A stretch of DNA of 32,000 nt, taken from contig CP001848.1 of NCBI GenBank assembly GCA_000025185.1, positions 3,330,001-3,362,000 of the forward strand, in the 5' to 3' direction. Each line of letters begins with the position of its first letter. The first letter of the stretch is position 1. Positions 9,360 to 20,104 of this stretch are shown piece by piece. This stretch comes from Pirellula staleyi DSM 6068 (lineage in GTDB: Bacteria > Planctomycetota > Planctomycetia > Pirellulales > Pirellulaceae). The translations under genes and the position numbers were made by a program. The notes under the pieces are model-generated. The model worked only from the letters and a program-made list of their open reading frames with translations. It was not told where the DNA came from and ran no database searches.

Positions 9360-10751
9360 ATGCCACGAAGTTTGCCAAAAGTTCTCCCCGGAAGTCTCCA
9401 CTCAACGCGCCGCCAGTTCCTGGGTGGTTGCATCGCTGCCGGTGCAGCGATGGCGATGCCAATTCCGATGGTTCACTCGCAAGAGACGCAGCGAGGACCT
9501 AGCGATAAACTTCGCCTTGCGATCATCGGCTGCGGCGGGCGTGGCGGCGCAAATCTGGGAGGCGTGAGTGGCGAAGAGATTTACGCCTTGTGCGATACCC
9601 ATCCAGCATCGCTCGCGGGGGCGAAGAAGTCGTATCCCAATGCCGTGGCTGTGAGCGACTGGCGCAAGCTGATCGACGACCCCAAAATCGATGGCTATGT
9701 CGTCTCCACCGCCGACCATCATCACGCGCTCGTTTCGCTTGCTGCGATGAAGCGTGGCAAGCACGTTTACTGCGAAAAGCCACTCTCGCACACGGTTCGC
9801 GAAGCGCGATTGATGCAGGAAGTTTATCGCGAAAATCGCGGCAAGATCGCCACCCAAATGGGAACGCAGATTCACGCTACCGACAACTATCGTCGCGCGG
9901 TCGAACTGGTGCAGTCGGGGATGATCGGCGCGATCAGCGAAGCCCACGTTTGGTGCGATCGAGGGATCAGCAAGGTGAATCCTGTCGAGCTGCCGGAACA
10001 GCCGATTCCCGAAGGATTTGACTGGGAAGCTTGGATCGGACCGGCTGCAATGCGTCCCTACAACGGAGGCTATTGGCAGGGTGGAAACCTCAACTGGAAT
10101 CGTCGCTGGGAGTTCGGCAACGGCGTGCTTGGCGACATGGGAAGCCACCTGATCGACTTGGCCTACTGGGCGCTCGATCTTCGCTATCCCACGTCCGTGG
10201 AAAGCGTTGGTGCTCCGGTCGACGAGTTCGAATGCCCCACCTGGCAGCAAGTCACCTGGGAGCACCCCAAGCGCGAGGGCGATGCGCCGCACCATGCCGC
10301 CTGCAAGTTGGTTTGGTATCACGGCGACGAAGGGATGAAACGCCGCGCTGCTTACCTTCAGCCGATGATCGGCGACGACACCAACCTCGGCGGCTGGGGG
10401 ATTGGCGTCGCCTTCGTCGGCGAGCAAGGCGTGATCGTGGCTGATTACGGGAAGATTGTTGTCAGCCCCGGCGCTAAATTCAAAGATGCACCCCGCCCCG
10501 AGCCCACCATCGCCCCTTCGCTGGGCCACTACAACGAATGGCTTCACGCGGCGAAAACCGGTGGCGAGTCGCTCTGCAACTTCGACTACAGCGGCATGCT
10601 CATCGAGCACAACTTGCTCGGCGTCGTCGCTCATCGAATCGGCAAAAAGCTCGAGTGGGACGCAGCTGCCTTCCAGTTCACTGGCAACGCCGAAGCCAAT
10701 GCCCTCCTCACCAAAACCTACCGCGACGGCTGGAAACCTGAGGGGGTTTAA
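9360..10751 (+). CDS. Gfo/Idh/MocA family oxidoreductase with a twin-arginine (Tat) signal.
   Basis: 463 aa. It has a Tat motif (TRRQFLGG), a Rossmann motif (LRLAIIGCGGRGGAN) and the family motif VYCEKPLSHT. Confidence 0.85.
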   Translation: MPRSLPKVLPGSLHSTRRQFLGGCIAAGAAMAMPIPMVHSQETQRGPSDKLRLAIIGCGGRGGANLGGVSGEEIYALCDTHPASLAGAKKSYPNAVAVSDWRKLIDDPKIDGYVVSTADHHHALVSLAAMKRGKHVYCEKPLSHTVREARLMQEVYRENRGKIATQMGTQIHATDNYRRAVELVQSGMIGAISEAHVWCDRGISKVNPVELPEQPIPEGFDWEAWIGPAAMRPYNGGYWQGGNLNWNRRWEFGNGVLGDMGSHLIDLAYWALDLRYPTSVESVGAPVDEFECPTWQQVTWEHPKREGDAPHHAACKLVWYHGDEGMKRRAAYLQPMIGDDTNLGGWGIGVAFVGEQGVIVADYGKIVVSPGAKFKDAPRPEPTIAPSLGHYNEWLHAAKTGGESLCNFDYSGMLIEHNLLGVVAHRIGKKLEWDAAAFQFTGNAEANALLTKTYRDGWKPEGV

Positions 10752-10766
10752 TGCGCTGGTGAATTT

Positions 10767-10783
10767 CAACTCGTAGGTCGGCT
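10767..10783. repeat. Left arm of a 17-bp perfect inverted repeat (CAACTCGTAGGTCGGCT).
   Basis: It is the exact reverse complement of 12002-12018. It starts 16 nt after the oxidoreductase stop codon. Confidence 0.8.
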
Positions 10784-11127
10784 TCGCAATTGGGTGGCAC
10801 TGGCCATGTAGCCAGTGCTGAAGTGTGAGTTGGCTGAGCTAAATCGCTGGAGTTGAAGCAGTTTTATGGCCGCAGGTCGCTGCTTAAACCGCTGGCATAA
10901 TTCCATGGCGAGATTCTGTTAACTTGAAGATCAGTCCTAAATAGGCAAGCTGGAAATAGGCAAGCTCGAGATGCTGCCCTGTGGCAAAATAGTTCTTGAG
11001 CTTTGGCTAGTACATTGCGATGAATTGCAGGCATCGCGAGGGCGCCCCAGCGGTTCTACAGGGAATTGGGGGGCAGTATCAGCTGGATGGACATAGCAGT
11101 GAAACTAAATCAACTTGGGTGTAAGCC

Positions 11128-11763
11128 ATGACTGCCTACGCACGAAGATTTACCCAAAGTTTGTTTGTCTTTGTTTTTGTAGTACCGCTCATCATGGGAG
11201 TGCTATTTGCTTGTTTTCGATCTGATTTTCAGAAGCGGTCTGAAATTTCATTGAGCAATCACTCAGTTTTAGATTTGAAAGCTCGGCTTGAACAATTTGG
11301 ATTTGAGGTTGAGACGCGTGCAGTTAAATACTGGTCCGACTCTTGGCTTTTTGGTGATACTCCGATTTTGGCCATTACAAAAGTGACTTTGTCCGGAAAC
11401 GACTTTCCGGACGACAAGAGCGTGTTTGCAGTTTTCCGCCAGATTGAAAGCAAGTTCGTCCTTGATGTTAGCAAGAGCGATTTTGACTGTAACGACTTTC
11501 GTTCATTGTCAAAAGTCAATTGTAGAGAACTTATTGCTTTTCAAACTATGCTTGCGAACGAAGAATGCCACATTGAATCGATGCCGTGGATAAACTCTAT
11601 TGATGTGCGTGAAACAGAGGTTGGTGGCGAATTCATTTATGGACTAAATAACTTGCCTAGCCTCCGATATGTCCGTGCTACACACGGTCCCTCTTTGCCG
11701 TATAAGTATCCTGGTTATGAACTCGACTTCTCGCTATTGCTGATGCCCTCTGGTTCACCTTGA
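11128..11763 (+). CDS. Hypothetical membrane-anchored protein in a low-GC island; weakly LRR-like.
   Basis: 211 aa with an N-terminal TM helix (LFVFVFVVPLIMGVLFACF). GC was 40/100 in the first 100 nt I counted. Flanking core genes look clearly GC-richer by eye (not counted). Irregular L/I/V-spaced segments are reminiscent of degenerate leucine-rich repeats. Confidence 0.5.
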   Translation: MTAYARRFTQSLFVFVFVVPLIMGVLFACFRSDFQKRSEISLSNHSVLDLKARLEQFGFEVETRAVKYWSDSWLFGDTPILAITKVTLSGNDFPDDKSVFAVFRQIESKFVLDVSKSDFDCNDFRSLSKVNCRELIAFQTMLANEECHIESMPWINSIDVRETEVGGEFIYGLNNLPSLRYVRATHGPSLPYKYPGYELDFSLLLMPSGSP

Positions 11764-12001
11764 TGGCCAGTACTACGGTTGAGCTGGCGCTTTACAGAAG
11801 TTGTAGATTTCGGCTGTTTCGATTGTACGGAGGCAAGGATGCCCACGTTGCAAGAAGTTCGTAAGTCGGTTACCCCGTAGCCTAAACCTAAGCAGTCGCG
11901 CGAGCTTCAGAAATCTCGGGATCGGAGCGCTAAGGGGCAAACAGCAGCACATCAACAGCAGATAGTGATGGAAAAATCGTTCGATCGTCGGCTATAGGGG
12001 T

Positions 12002-12018
12002 AGCCGACCTACGAGTTG
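12002..12018. repeat. Right arm of the 17-bp inverted repeat (AGCCGACCTACGAGTTG).
   Basis: It is the exact reverse complement of 10767-10783. It overlaps the 3' half of a small hairpin (CGGCTA-tagggg-TAGCCG, 11990-12007). Confidence 0.8.
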
Positions 12019-12108
12019 TGGCAGACGCTAGGCCTGCCCTACTTCGCGTTGGCAGCGCCGCGCTCCCGTTAGGTTCCCTGCGGGCACCTAACCTACAGGC
12101 CGACATAA

Positions 12109-12768
12109 TTAGCCGCGACGGCGGGGTTTGCGGCGAGGGTAGGGGAGCGGAAGTTGCTCGGGGAGTGGCTCGTGCGTTTCTTCAGCCCAGCCTTCACGCT
12201 CTTCGGGCGAGGCATAGTAGCGGAGCCAATTGTCGCAGTCGTCGTCGGGATCGAGGCAGTGCCAGTGCAGGTAGTTGCGCGGGCGATCGAGCTTCTTCTC
12301 GGGTGACGGAAGGATATCGCGGAGCAGCAGGCAATAGAGCTGTCGATCCGACAGATGCTCGGTGAAATCGAGCACAATCCGCTGTTCGTAAAGCCGATCG
12401 AGCGTGTCCATCAGCAGTTTGTGCAGTTCCTTGTCGCTCAGCTTTTCGGGCGAAGGGAGCCGCAATTCGGGCTCAAACCAGCGGCTGATGGGGAGCACCG
12501 GAGCCTGTTCCCAGGCGAGCATTGAGGCCAAGAATTCGTTTTCAGCCGAGGTTGGCATGCGGCGGCAATCGAGCAGCTGAAGCGATTCTTCAACGTAGGG
12601 CTCGAGTTCGTCGCGCAAACGGGCATTGAGCAAAAGCTCGTCGACTTCGTCGGCGCTGGGACGTGTGGGGAGCATCGCAGCAGGGTCCTTGGCGGGGTTA
12701 GCAAAACAGGGTGCGAATCCACAAGCGACCTGCGGGGAGCGGGCCATTGTGGCGAATTCAGGCGGCAC
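12109..12768 (-). CDS. Hypothetical protein (acidic, with a C-terminal basic tail).
   Basis: The maximal ORF is 219 aa with a GTG start at 12768. An internal ATG at 12675 (MLPTRPSADEVDELLL) has AAGGA 12 nt upstream and may be the true start. No family was recognised. Confidence 0.55.
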   Translation of the reverse strand: MPPEFATMARSPQVACGFAPCFANPAKDPAAMLPTRPSADEVDELLLNARLRDELEPYVEESLQLLDCRRMPTSAENEFLASMLAWEQAPVLPISRWFEPELRLPSPEKLSDKELHKLLMDTLDRLYEQRIVLDFTEHLSDRQLYCLLLRDILPSPEKKLDRPRNYLHWHCLDPDDDCDNWLRYYASPEEREGWAEETHEPLPEQLPLPYPRRKPRRRG

Positions 12769-13089
12769 GACGAGGGAAATGACGTGCTGCCCGATCCATT
12801 GATGCTAACCACGGTCCGGCAGGGGACCAACGAAACTTGCGGCCGAAAATGAAGAAAACCCTAGGTTTTTCGCCCTCGCGAGGCGTACAGCTGATAGGAC
12901 CGGGAAAGTTTTCCAGGAAAATGGCCGCCAGCAGCTAGCAAGCTTCAAGAATGCCTCGATTTTTTCAGCGGACGATCGAGGCCGAGTTGGCGAGAAATGC
13001 CATGGAAAGGCGAGCCGTCGCTGTCATTTGCCGAGGGGAGGCGGATGGCCTCGCCACTCGGTTTTGCCCAAAAAGTGCGATTAGCCAGG

Positions 13090-14997
13090 CTACCGCAGCA
13101 GCTTGCGGAGCTCGGTATCGAGTTCACCGGCGTTGATGTTGCGGTTCACGACTTTCCCCTCGCGATCGACCAGGATCATGGTCGGGAGGGTCAGAATGCC
13201 CATTTCGTTTGCCAAGCGGCCTTCGAGTCCACCGGGTTCGAACAACTGCGGCCAAGGCAAGGTTTTGGTGCGGAGGTAAGCACCCAGATCGCGGGCATCG
13301 CTATCGAGGTTCACACCCACAGGCGTGAAGCCCTGTTTGCCGAACTTCGCTTGCAGGTCCTTGATCAGGTCGAGATCTTGCTTACAAGGCTCACACCAAG
13401 TGGCCCAGTAGTGGACCAAAACCACCTTGCCGGAGAGGGACGAGATGTCGACCGCACGGCCGTCGACCGTTTTGCCGCTCAGCGTGATTGTCTTGCCGAC
13501 CGACTCGAGGCGACGCTTTGCGCCAGCGGCTTTTTTGGCCAGATCGGTCGAGGGGAACTCGCTCACAATCTTGCCGAACCACTCGATCGCTTTCTCTTCT
13601 TTGCCGCTGAATTCGCTACCGATAGCGAGCTGCAACATTGCCTCTGCAGCGTCGGGACTTTTGGAATACTCTTTCACAAACTCTTCAAGACTTGTCATCC
13701 AGGTGGCGTTCACTTTTTCGAAGTCGACATCTTTTTTCGACAGTTCGAGGTTGTAGAGCGCCGACATCTCGCGGAACTTCACATAAGCCACCAAATCGGT
13801 TGATTCCGGCATTTTTGCGACCATTTGTCGCAGGGAAGTGAGTCGCGCAACACCCTCGGGAAAGGCAGCGGATTGCACGGCTGCTGCGACCGTTTCAGCG
13901 TACTGACGTATCCAAAGTCCGCGATCTTCTTCCGATTTTGCGGAGGTCACGAGCTTGTCCAGGATATCGGCCCGGTCGCTATTGAGTTTCGCCACTTCGG
14001 TGCGCGATCGCGACTCAACAAGTTGCTTGTCGAGCTTCTCGAGATCGGTGATCAGACGCTGCATTTCGGCGCTAACGGTGCTCGCGTCGGCAGGACCTTC
14101 AGTCTCGGGACGACGCGACATCGAAGCTTGAAAAAAGTATCCCACCGAGGCTTGGGCGGTTGCATCGGCGGCAAGATTTTGCGGTACATCGATCAAGCGC
14201 CAGGCATCCCCCACTTTCACGAGCGTGCCGATCACCAGCGTGCTGTGCTTGCCGGCGGTTTCGACCACGGCAGTGACGTTGTCGTACACCACCAGATCTT
14301 GTGTTGCGCCGTCGACACCAGCCGGAACGATCCCCGGTTGGCTCGCTCCAAAGTGAATCCAGGCCGACTTAGGGGTTACGACCCGTTGTTTTTTCATCAG
14401 GTCGGAAAATTGCGTCGAAGCATCTTGCACCTTAGTGCGCAGCTGTTCGGTGCGGGCTTCACCGAGCCCAAGAGAAACCAGTTCTTTTTCGGAGAGCACA
14501 AGGCGGGCAAAGCGTCGCGAATCTTGCTCGGCAAGTGCGGCAACCACTTCAGCGGTCACTTCTTCCGCCGAAATTTGTTTCCAGGAGTCAATTCGCGAGT
14601 CCTCGTCGGCATCCAGGCCCCAGCGAATGCCGGAAGTGCCGAGCCAGCGATATTGGTCTGCTTTGTTGTTGAAATTCGCGTCGATGTCGCGGTAAACCTC
14701 GATTCCGTGCTTGAAATAGCACCACTGGTCGACCTTGCCATCGCCATTGGAATCGAGAAAACGACGCAAAACCTGCCCCGATTCACCTTTCACCACCCAG
14801 CCCGTAATTCCGCCGACCGACTCGATTTCGACGGTGCATTTAGCGGCTTCCTCGGCTGTGGGGCGATCAAAATCGACTGTCGACTGAACGGGCAGCAGCT
14901 GGAGCGCATCGCCAGCCGAGGGTTTGGCACCGAAGGCAGCGAGTGGAGCGATCAATCCAAGTGCGGCCAAAACCGTAGTACGCCAGAACTTACGCAT
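13090..14997 (-). CDS. TlpA-like thiol-disulfide oxidoreductase: a C-terminal thioredoxin/redoxin domain on a large N-terminal periplasmic domain.
   Basis: Track ORF 13090..15051. I prefer the ATG at 14997 (MRKFWRTTVLAALGLIAPLAAFG is a signal peptide, and GGAAGGGA lies upstream). The C-terminus has VVLVHYWATWCEPCKQDL (a CxxC redox motif) and LPTMILVDREGKVV (the cis-Pro region). Confidence 0.8.
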   Translation of the reverse strand: MRKFWRTTVLAALGLIAPLAAFGAKPSAGDALQLLPVQSTVDFDRPTAEEAAKCTVEIESVGGITGWVVKGESGQVLRRFLDSNGDGKVDQWCYFKHGIEVYRDIDANFNNKADQYRWLGTSGIRWGLDADEDSRIDSWKQISAEEVTAEVVAALAEQDSRRFARLVLSEKELVSLGLGEARTEQLRTKVQDASTQFSDLMKKQRVVTPKSAWIHFGASQPGIVPAGVDGATQDLVVYDNVTAVVETAGKHSTLVIGTLVKVGDAWRLIDVPQNLAADATAQASVGYFFQASMSRRPETEGPADASTVSAEMQRLITDLEKLDKQLVESRSRTEVAKLNSDRADILDKLVTSAKSEEDRGLWIRQYAETVAAAVQSAAFPEGVARLTSLRQMVAKMPESTDLVAYVKFREMSALYNLELSKKDVDFEKVNATWMTSLEEFVKEYSKSPDAAEAMLQLAIGSEFSGKEEKAIEWFGKIVSEFPSTDLAKKAAGAKRRLESVGKTITLSGKTVDGRAVDISSLSGKVVLVHYWATWCEPCKQDLDLIKDLQAKFGKQGFTPVGVNLDSDARDLGAYLRTKTLPWPQLFEPGGLEGRLANEMGILTLPTMILVDREGKVVNRNINAGELDTELRKLLR

Positions 14998-15197
14998 CGG
15001 AAATCCCTTCCTCTCGAGAACCTGCTCCAGTGAAGTGCCGACAGTGGGCACTTTGCGACTTTTCTGCTGTCACTTGGACTTTATCGACCATCCGACCATC
15101 GGCACAATTGCTCAGACCTACGTGCGAAGCACAGCTTACGCACTTCGCCCAGCTCATGATCGGCAGCATAACTACGGTGATTTTACGGGCTCCCGTC

Positions 15198-15207
15198 GGG
15201 GGGGGGG
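15198..15207. repeat. Poly-G homopolymer tract of 10 nt.
   Basis: I counted G x10 directly in cgtcGGGGGGGGGGagc. The tract is intergenic, between the divergent TlpA-like gene and the tRNA promoter. Confidence 0.9.
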
Positions 15208-15412
15208 AGCAGAAATTTCACTTTCCGCTGAAGTTCTTCCTGCCACATCGCCGAAAAACGCCAATCTGCTGGTCGCGGGTGCCTTCGAATGGCCCGGAAA
15301 ATCGAACGATTACCCGGGATAAACGGAACCCAGCGAGCCCCGCTGCCACGATCAAGCCACGGATTTTATGCGGCTAACTACCAGGAACTTTCCTGGAGTA
15401 GCCGGTGCCCCT

Positions 15413-15440
15413 TTGACAAACGTCCAAGGGGAAATAAAAT
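15413..15440 (+). promoter_or_regulatory. Candidate sigma-70-type promoter upstream of tRNA-Ile/tRNA-Ala.
   Basis: TTGACA (15413-15418), a 16-nt spacer, then TAAAAT (15435-15440). This lies about 108 nt upstream of tRNA-Ile. Confidence 0.45.
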
Positions 15441-15547
15441 CCAGGGTTTCCAGTCGAGCGAACCTCGAGCACTGGTGACGCATCCCTCCTTGATTGAAGG
15501 GGCGTGCCAAGCCCCGGAGCTCGAAAAACACTGGCGAATATTGATCC

Positions 15548-15621
15548 GCGCGGTTAGCTCAGTTGGTTAGAGCGCGTCGCTGATAACGACGAGGTCACAA
15601 GTTCGAATCTTGTACCGCGCA
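15548..15621 (+). tRNA. tRNA-Ile (anticodon GAU).
   Basis: I folded the cloverleaf by hand. Acceptor GCGCGGT/ACCGCGC; D arm GCTC-AGTTGGTTA-GAGC; anticodon stem CGTCG/CGACG with loop CTGATAA; T arm ACAAG-TTCGAAT-CTTGT; discriminator A. No CCA is encoded. Confidence 0.9.
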
Positions 15622-15636
15622 CTGGATTGCTGATTT

Positions 15637-15709
15637 GGGGACGTAGCTCAATTGGGAGAGCACTGCCTTTGCAAGGCAGGGGTTGAGGGTTCGACTCCCT
15701 TCGTCTCCA
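15637..15709 (+). tRNA. tRNA-Ala (anticodon UGC).
   Basis: Acceptor GGGGACG/CGTCTCC, where the third base pair G3:T70 is the G3:U70 alanine identity pair. Anticodon stem CTGCC/GGCAG with loop TTTGCAA. T arm GAGGG-TTCGACT-CCCTT. Discriminator A. Confidence 0.9.
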
Positions 15710-16106
15710 CTTGTTTGTGATGGTGTGTGAGGAGTTTCGGCTCGCTCTCACGCAAATTTTGGGTTGTCGGGTTCTGGCCCCTTGAACGAAAGTTCATCGC
15801 CGCTAGAATGCCCCTCCCGCTCAGGTTTGAAGCAATTTCGAATGTCCGCCGAACCGGTTGCCATCGTGCCCTGTTCCGCCCACAGTTGGATTTGCCTCTT
15901 GAGTTGCTCGGTGCTTGTTTGTGGTGCCTTTCGCTGTAAAGTGAAGGGCCAAAACAGTTTCGAGTGGCTCAAATAAGAAACCTGAGCTGACCCCCTTGCG
16001 TGTTTTTGAGTGAGTCGCAATATTAACGCCTCACGAAGAGAATGTTGGGTTTCGCCGCTGACGCGATTCGCAATAAAAGTTTTTCGAGTGCTCAACAAAC
16101 AGCCTG

Positions 16107-16135
16107 TTGACAGTCGAAAACAAGTTCTCTAAGAT
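16107..16135 (+). promoter_or_regulatory. Candidate sigma-70-type promoter inside the tRNA-Ala to 23S spacer.
   Basis: TTGACA (16107-16112), a 17-nt spacer, then TAAGAT (16130-16135). This lies about 460 nt upstream of the mature 23S 5' end and upstream of the predicted processing stem. Confidence 0.4.
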
Positions 16136-16597
16136 ACTGGGCTCCCACTGAGACAACCTCTTGGTGTGAGTGGTTTGGTTTGCTGATCGCAAGCAATATT
16201 CGGCTTGGCCGAGTATTGCTTCTGCTCAGTGAGCGGAGACCAGGCGAAGGCCTTTAATTAGTCCTTCGCCTTGTTCATTGACAATCTGGTTGTTTGGTAG
16301 ATGGCATCTTTGTGAAGATGCTTGATGATCAAAATCAAATCGAGCTTCGGCTTGGTGAGGTGATGAAAGTTAAGTGTCTGTCACGGTCTCTAATAAAGCG
16401 CGACTTGGTTGATGGCTTCGGCTGTCAACTAGAGTCAAAAGACAGATTTGAGAACTATTGTTACTTTGCAGATCTATTTGAACCCTAAGATTCACGTCTT
16501 AGGTCATTCAAGTTGAAAATGCAGTAGCTGCCGCAGTTCAAGATGCACCCAGCTCAGATTTCGGTCTTAGCATTGAGTGAGAGTTTTGGATATTTGT

Positions 16598-19488
<2,891 letters not shown>

Positions 19489-19659
19489 ATATATTCAACA
19501 CTCTCCTGAGGCAGCTACTAACGAAAGTGCGTAGTTCTCAGCTGTAGAGATCAGTCGCAACATATATGTTGCGGGAAAGGTTGTCTGAATGCTTTTCAGA
19601 CACCACCCATCTACCAAACACAGATTTGCCACTACTGGTTTTACCGTCAGTAGTGGTAC

Positions 19660-19771
19660 TTCCCGGTGACCATATCAAAAAGGAAACACCTGTTCCCATC
19701 CCGAACACAGCAGTTAAGCTTTTTGAGCCGATGATAGTGCAACAAACGCGAAAGTAGGTATCGCCGGGGTT
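19660..19771 (+). rRNA. rrf: 5S ribosomal RNA (short form, about 110 nt).
   Basis: It contains the conserved CCCATCCCGAACACAGCAGTTAAGC and CCGATGATAGTG...AGTAGG blocks. Helix I pairs CCCGGTGA (19662-19669) with TCGCCGGG (19761-19768). The ends are accurate to about 3 nt. Confidence 0.85.
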
Positions 19772-19784
19772 TTTATAACAATTA

Positions 19785-19822
19785 AACCTCACAGAGTTCA
19801 AAAGACTCTGTGAGGTTTTTTT
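19785..19822 (+). terminator. Rho-independent terminator of the rRNA operon.
   Basis: AACCTCACAGAG-ttcaaaaga-CTCTGTGAGGTT, a perfect 12-bp stem, followed by a T-run (TTTTTTT). Confidence 0.85.
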
Positions 19823-20104
19823 GTGCGCGCATCGTATCCAGCCAGATCAATGGCGTTCTTTTTCTGACCATCGCTCATCGCTGTCGCGCTAATCTTGCCG
19901 GAAGTCTTCAGCGAGACTTGCATTTCCCCTGGTTGGAATCGAAGAGGATTCCTGCCCTCTTTGGTTCTTGGTGAACTTGCCGAGTCAGCTTGGGAAGGTT
20001 CCTCGAGAGTCCAATAATTTGACTCCGCTTGGGCCGAGCTGCTTTCGATCTCTGCTCTGCTAATGTGCCCGACTTTTGTTTCTAGTTACTCGGCACTTTC
20101 CAGC

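Noticed and set aside
9402-10769. A 455-aa ORF on the minus strand, fully antisense to the Gfo/Idh/MocA gene.
   Set aside because: The plus-strand frame carries unmistakable family motifs (Tat signal, Rossmann GxGxxG, EKP). The antisense product is Ala/Gly/Arg/Val-rich with no motifs, which is the typical shadow ORF of GC-rich DNA. The same reasoning rejects 13825..15033 (+), 7332..8243 (+), 5458..6072 (+), 6636..7271 (+), 20949..21635 (+), 22443..23084 (+), 23526..24185 (+), 27831..28322 (-), 29038..29667 (-) and 30603..31034 (+).
10767-12018. Calling the inverted-repeat-bounded low-GC segment a bona fide mobile element (IS or MITE).
   Set aside because: There is no transposase or integrase and no detectable target-site duplication flanking the 17-bp arms. 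A single 17-mer inverted match has a non-trivial chance expectation in 32 kb. It is reported as a finding and as repeat features, not as a mobile_element feature.
12067-12091. A nested hairpin, GTTAGGT(t)CCC-tgc-GGG(c)ACCTAAC, 18 nt downstream of the stop of the 12109..12768 gene. It is a possible terminator.
   Set aside because: It is a good stem but has no U-tract on the relevant (minus) strand, so I did not list it as an intrinsic terminator. It may be a REP-like or stabilising hairpin.
15052-15547. A possible 16S rRNA remnant or 16S 3' end upstream of tRNA-Ile, plus ORFs 14924..15322, 15030..15377 and 15289..15570.
   Set aside because: No conserved 16S sequence (e.g. GGATCACCTCCTT) is present. 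The ORFs overlap each other and the tRNA promoter and tRNA, and they have no coding features.
15748-16098. A 116-aa minus-strand ORF next to tRNA-Ala with a faint tyrosine-recombinase box-II-like pattern (HSLRE...G....VSYLSHS). It could be an integrase remnant at a tRNA integration site.
   Set aside because: The spacing does not fit the HxLRH...LGH consensus well, and there is no catalytic Tyr context or other integrase motif. The ORF lies in the rRNA operon spacer. The resemblance is within what chance produces, so I mention it only as something a BLASTX could dismiss quickly.
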